Origin: the human T2T-CHM13v2.0 reference genome, Homo sapiens | Reading direction: 5' to 3' (one strand) | Length of the DNA stretch: 64,000 nucleotides | Assembly: GCF_009914755.1 (NCBI RefSeq) | Contig: NC_060936.1 | In this document: one piece after another, positions 31,641 through 47,839 of the stretch | How positions within the stretch are numbered: position 1 is the stretch's first letter | Layout: each line of letters begins with the position of its first letter | Notes under the pieces: model-generated | The model's database searches: none | What the model saw: the letters and a program-made list of their open reading frames with translations, nothing else | What the model was told of the DNA's origin: nothing | Program-made: the position numbers and the translations under genes

Positions 31641-33193
31641 TACTAACATGACCATACTAAAAAAAGTGGGCGAAAATACATACACAATGCCACAAAATGC
31701 ACATTGTAGCACTGGATATAATAACAAAGAAAACTGGCAACAACCCAAATGTCTACTAATAAGGAATGAATAAGTGCATAAAATGGAATACTATAATAGA
31801 AGCCATGAGGACAAATGGGGTAAATTTACATGTACTAACATAGGAAGAAGTCTATGAGTGTAAAAAGCAAGGCAAAGAATAGGATGTGTAAATATGTGTA
31901 TGTATTTAATTGTCTAATAAGTATCTCACAGAAACATTCTAGTAGGACACCAAACTGTTAACAGTGGGGTTAGTTACCTCTGGTGAGTGAGGTTTTACTT
32001 TATAATCCTATACTTCAATATTACTTTAAACATTAAAAAAAATTAAAAGCTAACATGAAGGAAGTTAGAGTAAACTCAGTTTCACTTTTAACCTCTGATT
32101 CTGAAGTTTTAAGGAGGAAACAGCTAACCAAAGTAGTTTGCTAGTAAACACAGGAAAGGAAAAATAAATGGAAAAAAATCAGAGCTGGCTTGTGCTATGC
32201 ATCTTGTAGTAAGAAAGTACCTTGGCATTGCTGGAGAAGCTCAGAAAAAAAGGAGTATAAGTGCAAAGGATAAGAATACCAAAATTATTACTAAGGAAAA
32301 AAGACACAAGTGGCAGATGAGAAATAACCTACCAGATTATTGTGTTTCCAAAAGAAAAGGAAAAAGGACTGTAGAAACCAACTACAGAAAGGTATCTATT
32401 TACATTTATCTAAACCCCAAACCAAAAACCCTGATGGTATAGCTAGCTATGTTTTTAAAAGTTCAATTATGTTAGGAAAGAAAAACAGCAAGGCTACTCT
32501 AAAAAGATGGTCTTTAAGAGAATGACGAAGAATGACCTTTTATTATCTACTTTGCAGCAGGCAATGGCTTAGATGCATTTACATTCATTATCTCACCTAT
32601 GTGATGTAGTTCATAATGAAGTGTTTCTGCTCCCAATTTACAGACACTGGGCCTCATTTAAGTTACGTGGTCCAAAGACACAAAAGCCAGCAGATGTATA
32701 AAAACAGAATTTGAACCTTTATGCTCCTTTAAACCTCATTACACAATTTAGCAAGTGAAATGCTAAAGTCAGTAAATTTCTCAGTAGAGACTCCTCCATT
32801 TAAGGTTAATATTTTGGGATGGTAAGGGCATGTTTGCTACCAGTTTTTCCTGTTAGGAAAATAAATGACTATTGTAGTTTATGTTCAAAACATCTTTAAG
32901 AAGCAAAAAGAGCTGAGTAGAGACTGTAGTTAAGGTTATCACTAAGGCATCTAAAAAGCAACACGAATGTTGAGATTAAAAAAAAAAAAAAAAAAAGGCC
33001 GGATATGATGGCTCATGCCTGTAATCCCAGTACTTTGGGAGGCTCGGCTGGGAGAATTGCTTGAGGCAAGGAGTTCAAGATCAGCCTGGACAACAGTGAG
33101 ACCTCCATCTCTAGTTTTTAAAAAAGCATTAACTTGTAAAATTAGTAAATATGTTAATTTCTTTTACAAATAGGTACAGGTATTTTTCTCTAA

Positions 33194-33595
<402 letters not shown>

Positions 33596-34413
33596 TAACT
33601 TTTGAGCCCCTCATATCTGGTAATACTGAAGGCACCAGTCCTCAGGGAAAAGTATCAGTGATAGTCAAAATGAACCTAAAAAGTTACAGGTTTCAAAACT
33701 ACAAAGTTACAGGAAACATTACATTATGCTTCAGTGGTAATTTAAAAGATTCAGCTGTCTGGCTTGGCATTTAATGGAAGGCTATTGATTACATTATTCA
33801 ATAAATAAAGTCTCCTGTGGTAAACGGTGGTGGCTTGGAGCTTTTGGTTATATTTTAAGAATCTAGGTAGAGATGACTGCTGCCATACTTACTCCAGGCA
33901 AATCATGACAAGTATTCTCCACTACCCCGCAATGGAATCTACCACTATTCATATAGTCACTTAACCTAAATTTTGCAGGGAGAACTTAAAACCAACAACT
34001 GAATTACTCTAAGTACTGAAACTACAAATCTTAAAACAGAAAATCAATACCTTTGTAAAATACAGAAGCCTTGTAAAATATTAGTAGTATTAACTGTATA
34101 CTGACAATCAACACCTTTGTAAAATATAGAAGCCTTGTAAAATACAAAGGTACTAACCATGCACTGTTTAGTAAAATTATTTAAGTTACTGTTCCCTTCA
34201 ATTAAAGTGATCAAAACAATCTTGATTTCAGAAAATGATTAATGTTGCTTATCTGTTTCTCTCTGTAAAATTAGGACTTTGTCACCAACTTTTATATTTT
34301 TAGATAAAAATGCAATCTTGGCCGGGCACGGTGGCTCACGCCTGTAATCCCAGCACTTTGGGAGGCCCAGGCAGGCGGATCACGAGGTGAGGAGATCGAG
34401 ATCGGCCTGGCTA

Positions 34414-34626
<213 letters not shown>

Positions 34627-37177
34627 CTAATGCCAGTTTCTACTTTTAGAATAGCTTTTATTTCCATATAATAGAATTTTTCCATCATGAGCACTTTGTC
34701 CTTATCCGTATGATTAAGTAAACACATAAATAAGATCTATGAATCATCTAGATAGGGATAAAAAATAAGAGTTTACATAATGGCCTTGACTGCTAGATCA
34801 AGTTATTCTAATTACAAAGAATCTTGTGGTTGTTACATTGAAACTGATTCTCAATACAGATCACAGGAAAATGTGGCTACCACTATAAAAATGACTTATT
34901 TTATAAACAGAAACCTCCTGAGGCCTTATTTTTGGTTTCTCAACATCTGCGTTATTTCCATAGGATAATTATACTCAATTTAATAGAAGTACTTAAGATC
35001 AATGGTGGTGTAAATAATTCAAGGAGTTCAAACCACTCCCCAAAATTCCTCCCTTTTGTTGTTTTATTATAATAACTGATAGCCTATCATGAAAAATATC
35101 ACCACGTTACTTTTTAGACATGTGAATGTGAGTTACAAGATGAGTGAACTACACTTAATATTTTAAAATTAGTCTATTGCTGGCTAGGCACAGAGGCTCA
35201 CGCCTATAACACCAGCACTTTGGGAGGCTGAAGTGAGCAGATCACTTGAGGCCAGCAGTTTGAGAACTGCCTGGCCAACATGGCGAAATCCCATCTCTAC
35301 TAAAAATACAAAAATTAGCTGGGCTTGGTGGTGCACACCTGTAGTCCCAGCTACTCAGGAGGCTGAGGCATAAGAATTGCTTGAAACTGAGAGGTGGAGA
35401 TTGCAGTGAGCCGAGATCACGCTACTGCAATCCAGTATAAGTACTTATTTTAAAAATTTTGGTCGATAATAGACTAATTGTTCTCCAGATTACCCCACCC
35501 CTCAGTAGTGTGTACTTGGTTTTCTGTATCCTCACTATATTTGATACTATTGATCATTTCAGTAATTACAAAGTAGAAAAAAGACTCTAACCCAACTAAC
35601 TAAAAAAAAATCAATTGCCAATATGCAAATTTACATTTTATTTTTTTCTACAAACACACACACTGGACGTTGGGCGAGGTGGTGCATGCCTGTATGGGAG
35701 GCATCCATATAGGAGGATTGCTTGAGCCCAGGAGTTCCAGATCAGTCTCAATGACAGAGGAAGAACTCATCTCTTAAACAAAAAAAACCCCAGAAAACTA
35801 GAGAAATGCTGAAAATTGAATGTTAAAAAAGGACTAACAATCATTTTAAAGGTTAACCATCCTAAATCAGGCTTTTAGTCTATGTAACTATAATATCTGA
35901 GCACATGATTTAATGCATAGTATAATGCTGATTAATAAACCAAATTATAATGTTAAATATGCCTTTATTCAATTCTCTGTATGCCTTTTACAATCATGTT
36001 CACATATTTCTTTGTTATATTCAAAATAGTCTTTGAGGATAACAGGTGGGCAATTATTATTCCCATTTGGCAAATGGAAGAACAGGTATACAGGATGTGA
36101 AACTGAATTGTTTACAAAATCATACTGGTGAATAGGGTCCTAGGAGTTGAATAAAAACTTTCTAACTTTGAATAAAAACTTTCTAACTATGGGCTTAACT
36201 TTTTCCATTGCTTTGCCTTTAGACACACCAGTTATTTTAAAACAATTTAAATACATTTGGCAAACTTTAGGTAAAGCTTGAGTTTCTTATAGTAGGCCAT
36301 TTTCTATCTCATCTGATTTCTTCAGAACAGAATGTAGATATACTCTTTTTTAAGAGACAGGGTCTAGCTCCGTCCCAGGCCGGAGTGCAGTAAGCAATGT
36401 GATCATGGCTTATTTCAGCCTCGAACTTCTGGGCTAAAGTGATTGGCCCCCCTTAGCCTCTAGAGTAGCTGGAACTACTAGTGTGCATCACCATGCCCAG
36501 CTAATTAAAACATTTTTTTTCTTTTTGTAGAGACAGGGTTTCACTCTGTTGCCCAGGCTGGTCTTAAACTCCTGGCCTCAAGCCATCCTCCTGCCCTGAC
36601 CTCCCAAAATGCTGGGATTACAGGCGTTAGTTACCATGCCCAACCTCAGATGTACTCTTGAGTGGTAAGACTAACCCTCTAAGTCATTGTAGTGGTACTA
36701 TGAGGTTTTACATTTTCTTTTTTTTTTTTTGAACCACATGATTGGAAAACAATTATCTCTACTTTTAACATAACCACTGTAGGCAAAATTCAGCTCTTTA
36801 GTAACATGCCTGGGATGAACACTGAAACAGTAGTGATGAGAGAGAAACAAGAACCTAGGGCAGTCTTACAGTCTATCTTTGAGCCAATGAAAGATGAGGC
36901 CTGTTACAAATGCTAGCCATAGTCTTATCAATTCTACTGATCATATTCCATCCAAATTCTTAACTTAGTCAAACTACAAAATATGGATACTCTTCCACAT
37001 AAATACAGAGAAAATACTAGTTAGCTGCCATGATTTGTCATTTGAATGACACAACTTAAAGCTATAATGTTATACTGTTTTTTCCTTTAATGCAAATCTT
37101 CCCAAAATAAAAAGTTTTGTTTAATGTACATTTGCACTACAAAATCACATTTATATTCAAGATTTCAAAACACTCAC

Positions 37178-37299
37178 CCTAGAGCCTGGAAAGAAGGAAT
37201 CGAAAGTGCCCAGTGCATTGATAAGAACAGCAGTCTGGAGGCAGACTCCCCAATGTAGTGCACATTCAGGTACTCAGGCATAGGAGAAGGCATGGTGAG
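37178..37299 (-). CDS. NR2C1: TR2 exon 10 (LBD signature region)
   Basis: LTMPSPMPEYLNVHYIGESASRLLFLSMHWALSIPSFQAL(G); 122 nt; TACTAG acceptor, GTGAGT donor. Confidence 0.97.
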
Positions 37300-38026
37300 C
37301 TAGTATGAACAGGGATTTAGGTAAATTATCTTATGACTGAAAAGTTCTAAATTATCATTTCTTTGAAAAAGTTTAAACGTAACACATCAAATGAGAGCTA
37401 ATATATTCACAAAAAAAGCTAATCTTGAAATAATCCAAGTCACTAGAATTTACAGCTAACAGGGCTTAGAATAAATAAGTAGCCCATAGTTTCTAACAAG
37501 CCAATATTTAGACAAGCAGAACCTCAACAAATATCAACGATGATATTATCTGGTTATGTTACTTCCTGTCTTGGTCTAACAATATGTTTCTTTTCCTTCC
37601 TTCTCTCCATTAATGATAGCATACAACAAATTCAGTTTAAGGAGAAATTCTGTCCGCTAAATGTTTCTTTCATTTAGGCTAAGGGGTTAACAAATTCAAA
37701 TGCTTACAAAGCCAGGAGAGTAAGGAGTGCAACAGGCTTGCTGGTACCAACTGGGAAGAGCATATTTATTCCCAGATAAAGGACACAGCTGTGAATTGAA
37801 TTCAGTGCAGTGAAAACATATGGAATTGTGGGCTGAGCACTGCCAGCTCTTTCAGTTTTTCAAAGAGCACATTCTGTGTGAAACCTCCCTATTTAAAAAA
37901 ACTGGCAGGCCGGGTGTGGTGGCTCGTGCCTATAATCCCAGCACTTTGGGAGGTGGAGACAGGTGGATCACGATGTCGAGAGATCGAGACCATCCCGGTC
38001 AACATGGTTAAACCTCATCTTTACTA

Positions 38027-38281
<255 letters not shown>

Positions 38282-39755
38282 TCAGTTTATATTGCTGATC
38301 TAGTTCTTTAAAATGTCTGACCACTGTTGAAACTTTTTTCTACTTTGTAATTACTGAAATGACCAATAGTATCAAGTATAGTGAGGATACAGAAAACCAA
38401 GTACACACTACCAAGGGTGGGGTAGTCTGGAGAAGAATTAGTCTACCATCTACCAAAATTTTGAAAGTAAGTACATGCAATAATACCACTTCTAAATCTC
38501 TGTTCCAGCAAAATACTTGCATACATGCACAAAAAAAGCATGTGTAAGGATGTCCATTGCAGCTCTACATCTAACAATGAAATTAAATGCTGGCAACAAC
38601 CCAAATTTCTATCACTAGAGAAAAGAATAATCCATGCTATAGAATATATGTGGGCATTAAAATTGGAAAGATAAACTGAGATGTAATGGTATACAAAAAA
38701 TCTCACAGACATCCAAGTGGAAAAAACTGTAAAACAGTATGTATTAAATAGATGACCCAATTTATGTTAAAGAGTACATATATATGTATACCTAAAAAGT
38801 ACAGAAGGAAACACGCCACACAGTTAACAGTGGCTACCTCTGGGTGGGGTAGGTAGATGTGTCCATATGTATTTTTCTGGGGAATGACTATTATAGCTTT
38901 CATCAGATTCTCAAAGGTATCTTTTTTTTTTTTTTTTTTTTGAGATGGGGTCTCGCTCTGTCACCCAGGCTGGAGTGCAGTGGCGTGATCTCAGCTCTCT
39001 GCCCAGGTTCAAATGAATGTCCTTCCTCAGCCTCCCCAGTAGCTGGGACTACAGGCGTGTGCCACCAGGCCCCGCTAATTTTTTTTGTATTTTTAGTAGA
39101 GACGGGGTTGTACCACGTTGGCCAGGCTCGTCTCAAACTCCTGACCTCAGGTGATCCGCCCGCCTGGGCCTCCTAAAGTGCTAGGATTACAGGCATGAGC
39201 CACCGCACCTGGCCTGTCAAAGGTATCTGCTATCTAAAATACCGCACCTGGCCCCTCAAAGGTATCTTCTATCTAAAAGGCTTGAGGTTTGAAACAAAGA
39301 AAAGTTACATAAAAATGTAAAAAACAACCCCTGCCTTTGTTCATTATTAGCCAAGAATGGTTTACCTATTTATAAATTGTACCAAGTAATAAAACAAAAG
39401 GGCAATTAATAGTTGAAATTCTGTAAGTGAGAAGAAAATTTTTTACATATTTAAGAATGTTTGAGAAAGGTTTACTACAGCAGTAAGTTAAAATACAATT
39501 ATTTAAGACAATTCTTGGCTGAGCGCAGTGGCTCGTGCCTGTAATTCCAGCACTTTGGGAGGCCAAGGTGAGAGGACTGCTTGAAGCCAGTAGTTCAAGA
39601 CCGGCCTGGGCAACATAACGAGACCCATTTCTACAAAAAAAAAAAAAAAAAAACCGACACACAAAACAAAAAATTAAAAATTTAGCCAGGAGTGATGGCT
39701 CACACCTGTATCCCAGCAACTCGGGAGGCTGAGGTGGAAGAGCTGCTTGAACCTA

Positions 39756-39977
<222 letters not shown>

Positions 39978-40897
39978 TCATATCTTTTCAGAATTACCCA
40001 AGGTGAGTAAAAAGGAAGTCTGAAAAACTAAGGGAATTACCAAAAATTACTAGTTTTGGGGGAAGGGGCAAGTAAGATGCAAAACAACAACAAAAAAGTC
40101 CTTTGTAAGGCTAGGCGTGGTGGCTCAGGCCTGTAATCCCAGCACTCTGGGAGGCCAGGGCAGGCAGATCACTTGAGGTCAGGAGTTCAAGACCAGCCTG
40201 CCAATGAGGTAAAACCAGGTCTCTACTAAAAATACAAAAAATTAGCCGGGCATGGCGGTGTGTGCCTGTAATCCCAGCTACTCGGGAGGCTGAGGTGCCA
40301 AGAACAGCTGGAACCCAGCGGGTAGAGGCTGCAGTGAGCCAAGATTGTGCCACTGTACTCCAGCCTGGGAGACAGAGCAAGACTCTGTCTCAAAAAAAAA
40401 AAAAATCCTTTGCAAAATAGTTTAAAATTGCATTTAAATAAAATATTAATACTTGTAATGTGTAAACACTGGATATAATGGTTTTGCTTTACACAACAGT
40501 GGTGGTAACTCTGAAAACTTTCTGCTGGTTTAATCATAAAATGGAAATAGTTTACAACACACACTAAAGGGACTCGTTATTTAAAATATTACTACACCAT
40601 GTTAACTTATAAAGAGAGAAAATGTTTCATAATCTGTTCTACATGCTCAATAAAACTCTAGTATTCTGAATCAGAAAGCTAATGTTGGCTGAAGAAACAA
40701 TAGTCCATTTCACAAGTCTTTGAGACTGAAAAGACAAAGATTTATTCCTATATAAAGAGTGAGCTTCCCCAAAATGCCTGTATATCTTTAGGTTTATAAA
40801 TTGAATTATACACATTTTTCAAATTAGAAAAGTTCAACATATTGAGTGAATTTTTAAAGAGCATTGACAAGAACTAAACCTGACCAATCTGTTTTAG

Positions 40898-41158
<261 letters not shown>

Positions 41159-41385
41159 TAGTAGAGACGGGGTTTCACCACGTTGGTCAGTCTGGTCTTG
41201 AACTCGTGACCTCGTGATCCACCCACCTCAGCCTCCCAAAGTGCTGAGATTACAGGTGCGAGCCACCCTGCCCAGCCGATATAGCTTTTAAAAAATCACT
41301 GGATGGCCGGGTGTGATGGCTCACGCTTATAATCCCAGCACTTTGGGGGGGCCGAGGTGGGCGGATCATTGGAGCTCATGAGTTA

Positions 41386-41649
<264 letters not shown>

Positions 41650-43175
41650 TCAGCACTTTTGGGAGGTCGAGGTGGGAAGATCATTGCTTGTGGCCAGGAG
41701 TTTGAGACCAGCCTGGGCAACATAGTGAAACCTCATCTCCACACAAATAGAAAAAAATCATTTGAGTTAGGAGATCTGGATTCTGCTTCCAACTTTTTGT
41801 TAATCACTTCGCCTAATTACCAGTATGACCCTAGATTACATATTCATTCAGTAACTATTTACTTAGAGTTCACTGGGAACCAGTAAGTGCTATTGTCTCA
41901 GTGGAAGAATAAAATAAAAACTGAATGAGCTATAGAAAAGGGCTAAGAAAGCTAATGGCATGTGTGAGAAACCATGAGCAGCTGGGTCAGAATGTGGAGG
42001 GCCCTAAAAGGTCAAGTTATAGAGACCGGACTTAATTTCATAACATATGGGCAATGGGAAGCTACTGAAGGCTGGGCAGAGTGACATAATTTGATTTTTA
42101 ACAAATATAACGCTGGTACCAGCACACAGGACAAGATGGAAAAGAAAGACTGGAAGCGAAGATATTAGGGTAACAAATCAAGAAAGGAATTTTAAAAGGC
42201 CTAAAATATGGTGAAGGAAATGAAGAGGAAGGGAGAAATTCAAGCAATGGAATGGTTAAAATTCAGTTATGGAATGAGAAGAGTGAGGCTTAGGGAGAGT
42301 AACTGCCTCTAAAGTTGCAAACATGGGCGACCAGAAAGACTGACTCTAATGTGAAAATAATAAAATTTTAGAAATAAGTATATGCAATTTCCAAAACCAC
42401 CTCACTTCTGTTGCATGTATATAATTTCTAAAATGGGAATATGATCTACCATATTCTTAAAATCTTCTAAGGAGATTTTAAGAATCAAGTAAAATAAAGT
42501 ACATGAAATCATACCAAAAATTATGAAGTTTAATAAAAATCTTTTTCTTTTTTTTTGAAAGATGGAGTATCGCTCTGTCACTTAGGCTGGAAGGCAGTGA
42601 TGCAATCTTGGCTCACGGCAACCTCCGCCTCCCCGGGTTCAAGCAATTCTTCTGCCTCAGCCTCCTGAGTAGCTGGGGTTATAGGCATGCACCACTACGC
42701 CTGGCTAATTTTTGTATTTTTAGTAAACACGGGATTTCGTCATGTTGGCCAGGCTGGTCTCGAACTCCTGACCTCAGGTGATCTGCCTGCGTAGGCCTCC
42801 CAAAGTGCTAGGATTACAGGTGTGAGCCACCACACCCGGCCAATAAAAATCTTAAATATTACTACTGCCCTTGATTTTTCAAAATCAAACTTCAAGTTTC
42901 ATTATTAGACTATTTCTCCCTACTACCAAGATTGCTTTGAACAAGACACTAAACATCTCTACATCTCTTTCTTCATCCACCAAATGAGAATAAAAATTCT
43001 AACCCTACCAGGTATGGTGGGTTACACTTGTAATCCCAGCACTTCGGGAGGCCGAAGTGAGAGGATCACTTGAGGCCAGGAGTATAAGATAAGCCTGGAC
43101 AACAAAGTGAGATCCCATCTCTACACAAAAATTTTTTAAATTAGCTGGGTGTGGTGGCACATGCCTGTGGTCTCA

Positions 43176-43280
<105 letters not shown>

Positions 43281-44620
43281 CTATCTCACAAAGAAAAAAA
43301 AAATTAAAAATTCTAACCTCAGCTTATGTGGTGAGGCCCAAAGGAAACAGTGTATGTGAAAATATGCTGCAAACTACAGTGTACATAGAAATGCAACAGA
43401 GGAACAAAATGCTATTCAGCTCAGCAAGTAAGAAAGGACTGAGTTGTTTGATTACAGATGTAAGGTCTTGAAACCCATGATCAGAAAACTTCAATGTGAG
43501 AACCATGAAATTACCAGACTCTAGGAGCTAAGCAGGGAAATCACTGAAAAGTCAAACATTTGACTTCACAAGGCTGTAAGACTCCGAGAAAGATGAAGTG
43601 GTCCTTTTCAGGAGAGTAAGAAACTTTATAGTGCTGACTGTGAGGATACTTAGGAAGACAAAGATGGGAATGACAAAAGCCAATCCTAAGAAGAAAAAAA
43701 AGTTGTAATTTGCCAAATTCTTCTGTCCAAAACATTTCAAGCAATCAAAAACTTTGAGGACCAACATTAACAATAAACAGGTAAACTACCCCTACTTTCT
43801 AAAGAGCACTCTGGTCCTTTTCCCTCACAATGGGTCCTGTTCCTACATCTGTCTCATTTCATCCTTCCTCCCATTTAAATCCAAAGCAGAACATAAACCT
43901 AAGAAAACAAAAGAGTATCTTTTATTTAGAATACGAAAGAACAATGGGAAAAATCAAGTTTTGCCTTGCTCCACCCTTGTCCATAAATCTTACCATAATT
44001 TTTTAGAATGATACTGATTATTCCAATTACTTTTTCTTATAGCACTCATAAAAAATTTTCCTGTAGAGTGTAGAAAAAAAATTTCTAATTTTTTCCATGT
44101 AAATTATCTTTGGTAAAATTTTACATAAAAATTGGCTTCACTGATATATTTTATTGACTACATCAAATTACACTATTTTAAGCCACTGAGTTTTCTCTGT
44201 GGCTATTTCTACCAAGTCAAATTTTATAGATACAAATATTACTTTGCACTCATAACTTCTACTGGTATACATATTTATTTGATAGCTGTACATATTCTCC
44301 TAAAAAAATCCATGGAATTTTATAATCTATAGTAAAAGTATGAGCAGTCACCCTCAGGTATTCCAAGACTGCTATATATTGCTAAGTGAAATCTATATGC
44401 ATTCAATCCCTTTGCATACATCTTGCTAAGAGTATCCACAGCTGAGTGGTTAAAATGGAAGAGTCAAAACAACAGGATCGTAATGTAAGGTCTCCACAGT
44501 GAGCATGGCTATAACTCTGTCCAAGCATTATTTGAATGACAAATAGTAGAAAGTGATTTTCTAGTCTTCTACATGTATTATTTCTAGTATTCTGCATGTA
44601 TTGTTTCTGTCATAAATAAA

Positions 44621-44685
44621 TTAGGTTGGTGAAAAAGTAATTGCAGCCTTAAAAGTAATGGCAAAACCCACAATTATTTATGGGA
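44621..44685. mobile_element. MADE1 (Hsmar1-derived MITE), degenerate
   Basis: TTAGGTTGGTGAAAAAGTAATTGC...AATGGCAAAACCCACAATTA matches the Hsmar1 TIR pattern, with an internal deletion. Confidence 0.75.
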
Positions 44686-45345
44686 ACAAAATAAATTATA
44701 AATGTACCTTCTCCAAAATGGCTAAAAAGTGTAAGTTAAAAACTAAAAGTTAAAATATATTAAATAATTTGTATCTTTTTAAATTTTATTATGTAATTTT
44801 AATTTATAATAGAGATGAGGTCTCGGCATGTTGCCCAGGCTGGTCTCCAACTCCTGGACTCATGCAATCCTCTGGCCTCAGCCTCCCAAAGTACTGCGAT
44901 GACAGGTGGGAGCAGCTGCACCTGGCCAATTTGTATCTTATAATAATGCTGGAAGCCAGCTAATTAAGATGATACATAACAAATGGAGCTCTTTGTAGTT
45001 ACTATGGTAAGAGCAAACTATCTGGGTCTTATTGATTACGATATAGTAGTAGCTAGGCATTGAACAAAAGCAGTCCATTCAACACATCATGAATGCCAAT
45101 ACTTAAAGTTTAACAAAATGTGCTGAAAAGTTATAAAAGCTAACTTTTAAACGCAATAACTGCTATTGTAACTGACTTAACAGGATGCTTTATTACGCCA
45201 TTATCTTATCTACATAAGGCTTTAGCCTCCTGCATAGATGCACACTAACATGCCCAGCTTATTCAGTATCTTGATAAACAGAAGAGAAAAGCCTAAAGAC
45301 ATTTTGTTTCTATATGCAGATGAGTTTTTTTTTTTTTTTTTTTGA

Positions 45346-45504
<159 letters not shown>

Positions 45505-45769
45505 TAGTAGAGACAGGGTTTCTCCATGTTGGTCAGGCTGGTCTCGAACTCCTGACCTCAGGTGATCTGCCCACCTTGGCCTCCCAAAATGCCAGGATTA
45601 CAGGCATAAGCCACTGTGCCTGGCCCAGATGAGTGTTTTAGCTGCTGTTTTGAAATTCTATCAGGGATATTTCTGACTTTAAAAGCACAACAAACATACT
45701 TTGATTTTTGAAAGGTAGATCAAAATCAAGCAACACAACATACAAGTTAAAAAAAACATATAGAAATAC

Positions 45770-45935
45770 CCTGAAAGCTACATGTGAATCGCTGAGAAGT
45801 GGCCCCTCTTTTTCGGTGTAATTTATGCTTGAATCTCCAGTGATTAGGTGTACACTTCCTTCCATGCCCGCTACTGAGCTCTGGCAGGCTGTGCTCTCTC
45901 CAGGATTCAATGCTTTTGCAAGAGTGTCAAATGCC
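45770..45935 (-). CDS. NR2C1: TR2 exon 9
   Basis: (R)AFDTLAKALNPGESTACQSSVAGMEGSVHLITGDSSINYTEKEGPLLSDSHVAFR; 166 nt; ATACAG acceptor, GTATTT donor. Confidence 0.97.
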
Positions 45936-46945
45936 CTGTATGAAGACATCAGAAGCTATGAGCTTGACCAAACACCGCAATAAAATAACAATTCTACATA
46001 GGATTCTGGAATTAAGATTTAAGCCTAAAAAACTGGCCAGGCTGGTCTAGAACTCAAGTGATATGCCCGCCTCAGCCTTCCAAAGTGCTGGGATTACAGG
46101 TATAAGCCACATGCCTGGCCTAAAGTCTCTTTTTAAAATCTTGCATAATTAAGGGGGAGAAGCATCTTCATATTTTCATATAATAATATGTTTTTAAAAG
46201 TTATATATTTTATCGCTTGAGTCCAGGAGGGCAGGGCTGCAGTGAGCTATGATCACACCACTGTACTCCAGCCTGGGTGACACAGCAAGACCCTGTCTCA
46301 ATTAAACGAAATTCTTTTCAATTAATTATTTTTTAAGAACATTATATGTATGATATATATATATATGATACTACAAGACTATCAGCCTATTTATTTTGTA
46401 TACAAAAGTTACTTGGAACAAGGGTAAGAACTTATGTCAACTTTATTATACACAGTACAATAGGTCTTAAATTTTATTTAAAAATTCAGAAAACATTTTA
46501 CTCATGTTTATTTTTGAAACACATTCTCCCTGTGTCAGCAAGGCTGGAGTGCAGTGGCATGATCATGGCTCACTGTAATCCTGAACTCCTGGGTTCAAGC
46601 AAGCGATCCTCCCACCTCAACCTCCCGAGCAGCTGGGACTACATGTGCGCACCACCATGCTCAGCTAATTTTTAAATTATCTGTAGAAACTGGGCCTCAC
46701 TATGTTGCTAAGGCTGGTCTCCCAACTCCTGGACTCAAGCAATCCTGCCACCTTGGCCTCCCAAAGTGCTGAGATTACAGGCATGAGCTACTGCACCCGG
46801 GCAGAGAGTATTTTAAAATGTGTGGTCACATAGCTAAATCTAAACTGTAACAATTTGATATTAGAATAATAACAAACTAATGTTAGCAAATAATTACTCA
46901 AAATAGTTCCCCATATTTTTCAATAAGCCTCCTAGAGTTTCTTAA

Positions 46946-47269
<324 letters not shown>

Positions 47270-47839
47270 TAAAGTGGTAGGATTACAGGCATACGCCACC
47301 GTGCCCGGCCAATTCAGCGTATTTTTATCATATCTTTTTTTTTCCTTTAGAGATGGGGTCTAGTTGCCGGTTGACTCAAAATCCCAGGCTGAAGTGATCT
47401 TCCCGCCTCAGCCTCCTATACACTAATGTGTTCAGCTTATTCAATATTTTAAATGATAAACGCAGTGTAGGAAAACCCTGAATAAACTGTTTCTATATCC
47501 TAAGCATTAATATTTACAGAATAAAAAACAGAATTCTGATACTACTTTCTTCAACTGTAACTTAAAACTGTAGTTGATTAAACTAAACCTTTTACATTAA
47601 TTTTCATCACTAGAAATTGAGGAGCAGGATCAATATGATTGCCTAGAAAGACAAGTGTTTCGCTCTCCATACACATCTTCATCTTTAGAAGAAAAAATTC
47701 CTAGGTTTTAAGACCACATTTCTAATCTTCTAATATTCACTTACTGATTTTGTCATTTAGAATATAACCTTTCATAATGAATGCAGGTTTTCAGTGAAAA
47801 CTTACTATGCCTTAAATTTTCTAAGTGAAAATAGAAATG

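Noticed and set aside
33885-33978. Plus-strand patches resembling snRNAs (ATACTTAC like the U1 5' end; CTCCACTACCCCGCAATG...ATATAGTC like the U4 3' half)
   Set aside because: ATACTTAC is simply the complement of the minus-strand donor; the U4-like match is short, gapped and lacks TSD or tail. An Rfam cmscan hit would be needed.
36148-36189. Short tandem duplications (also ~13606-13641, ~53296-53338, ~56561-56599)
   Set aside because: Two-copy slippage products with no spacer array or functional context.
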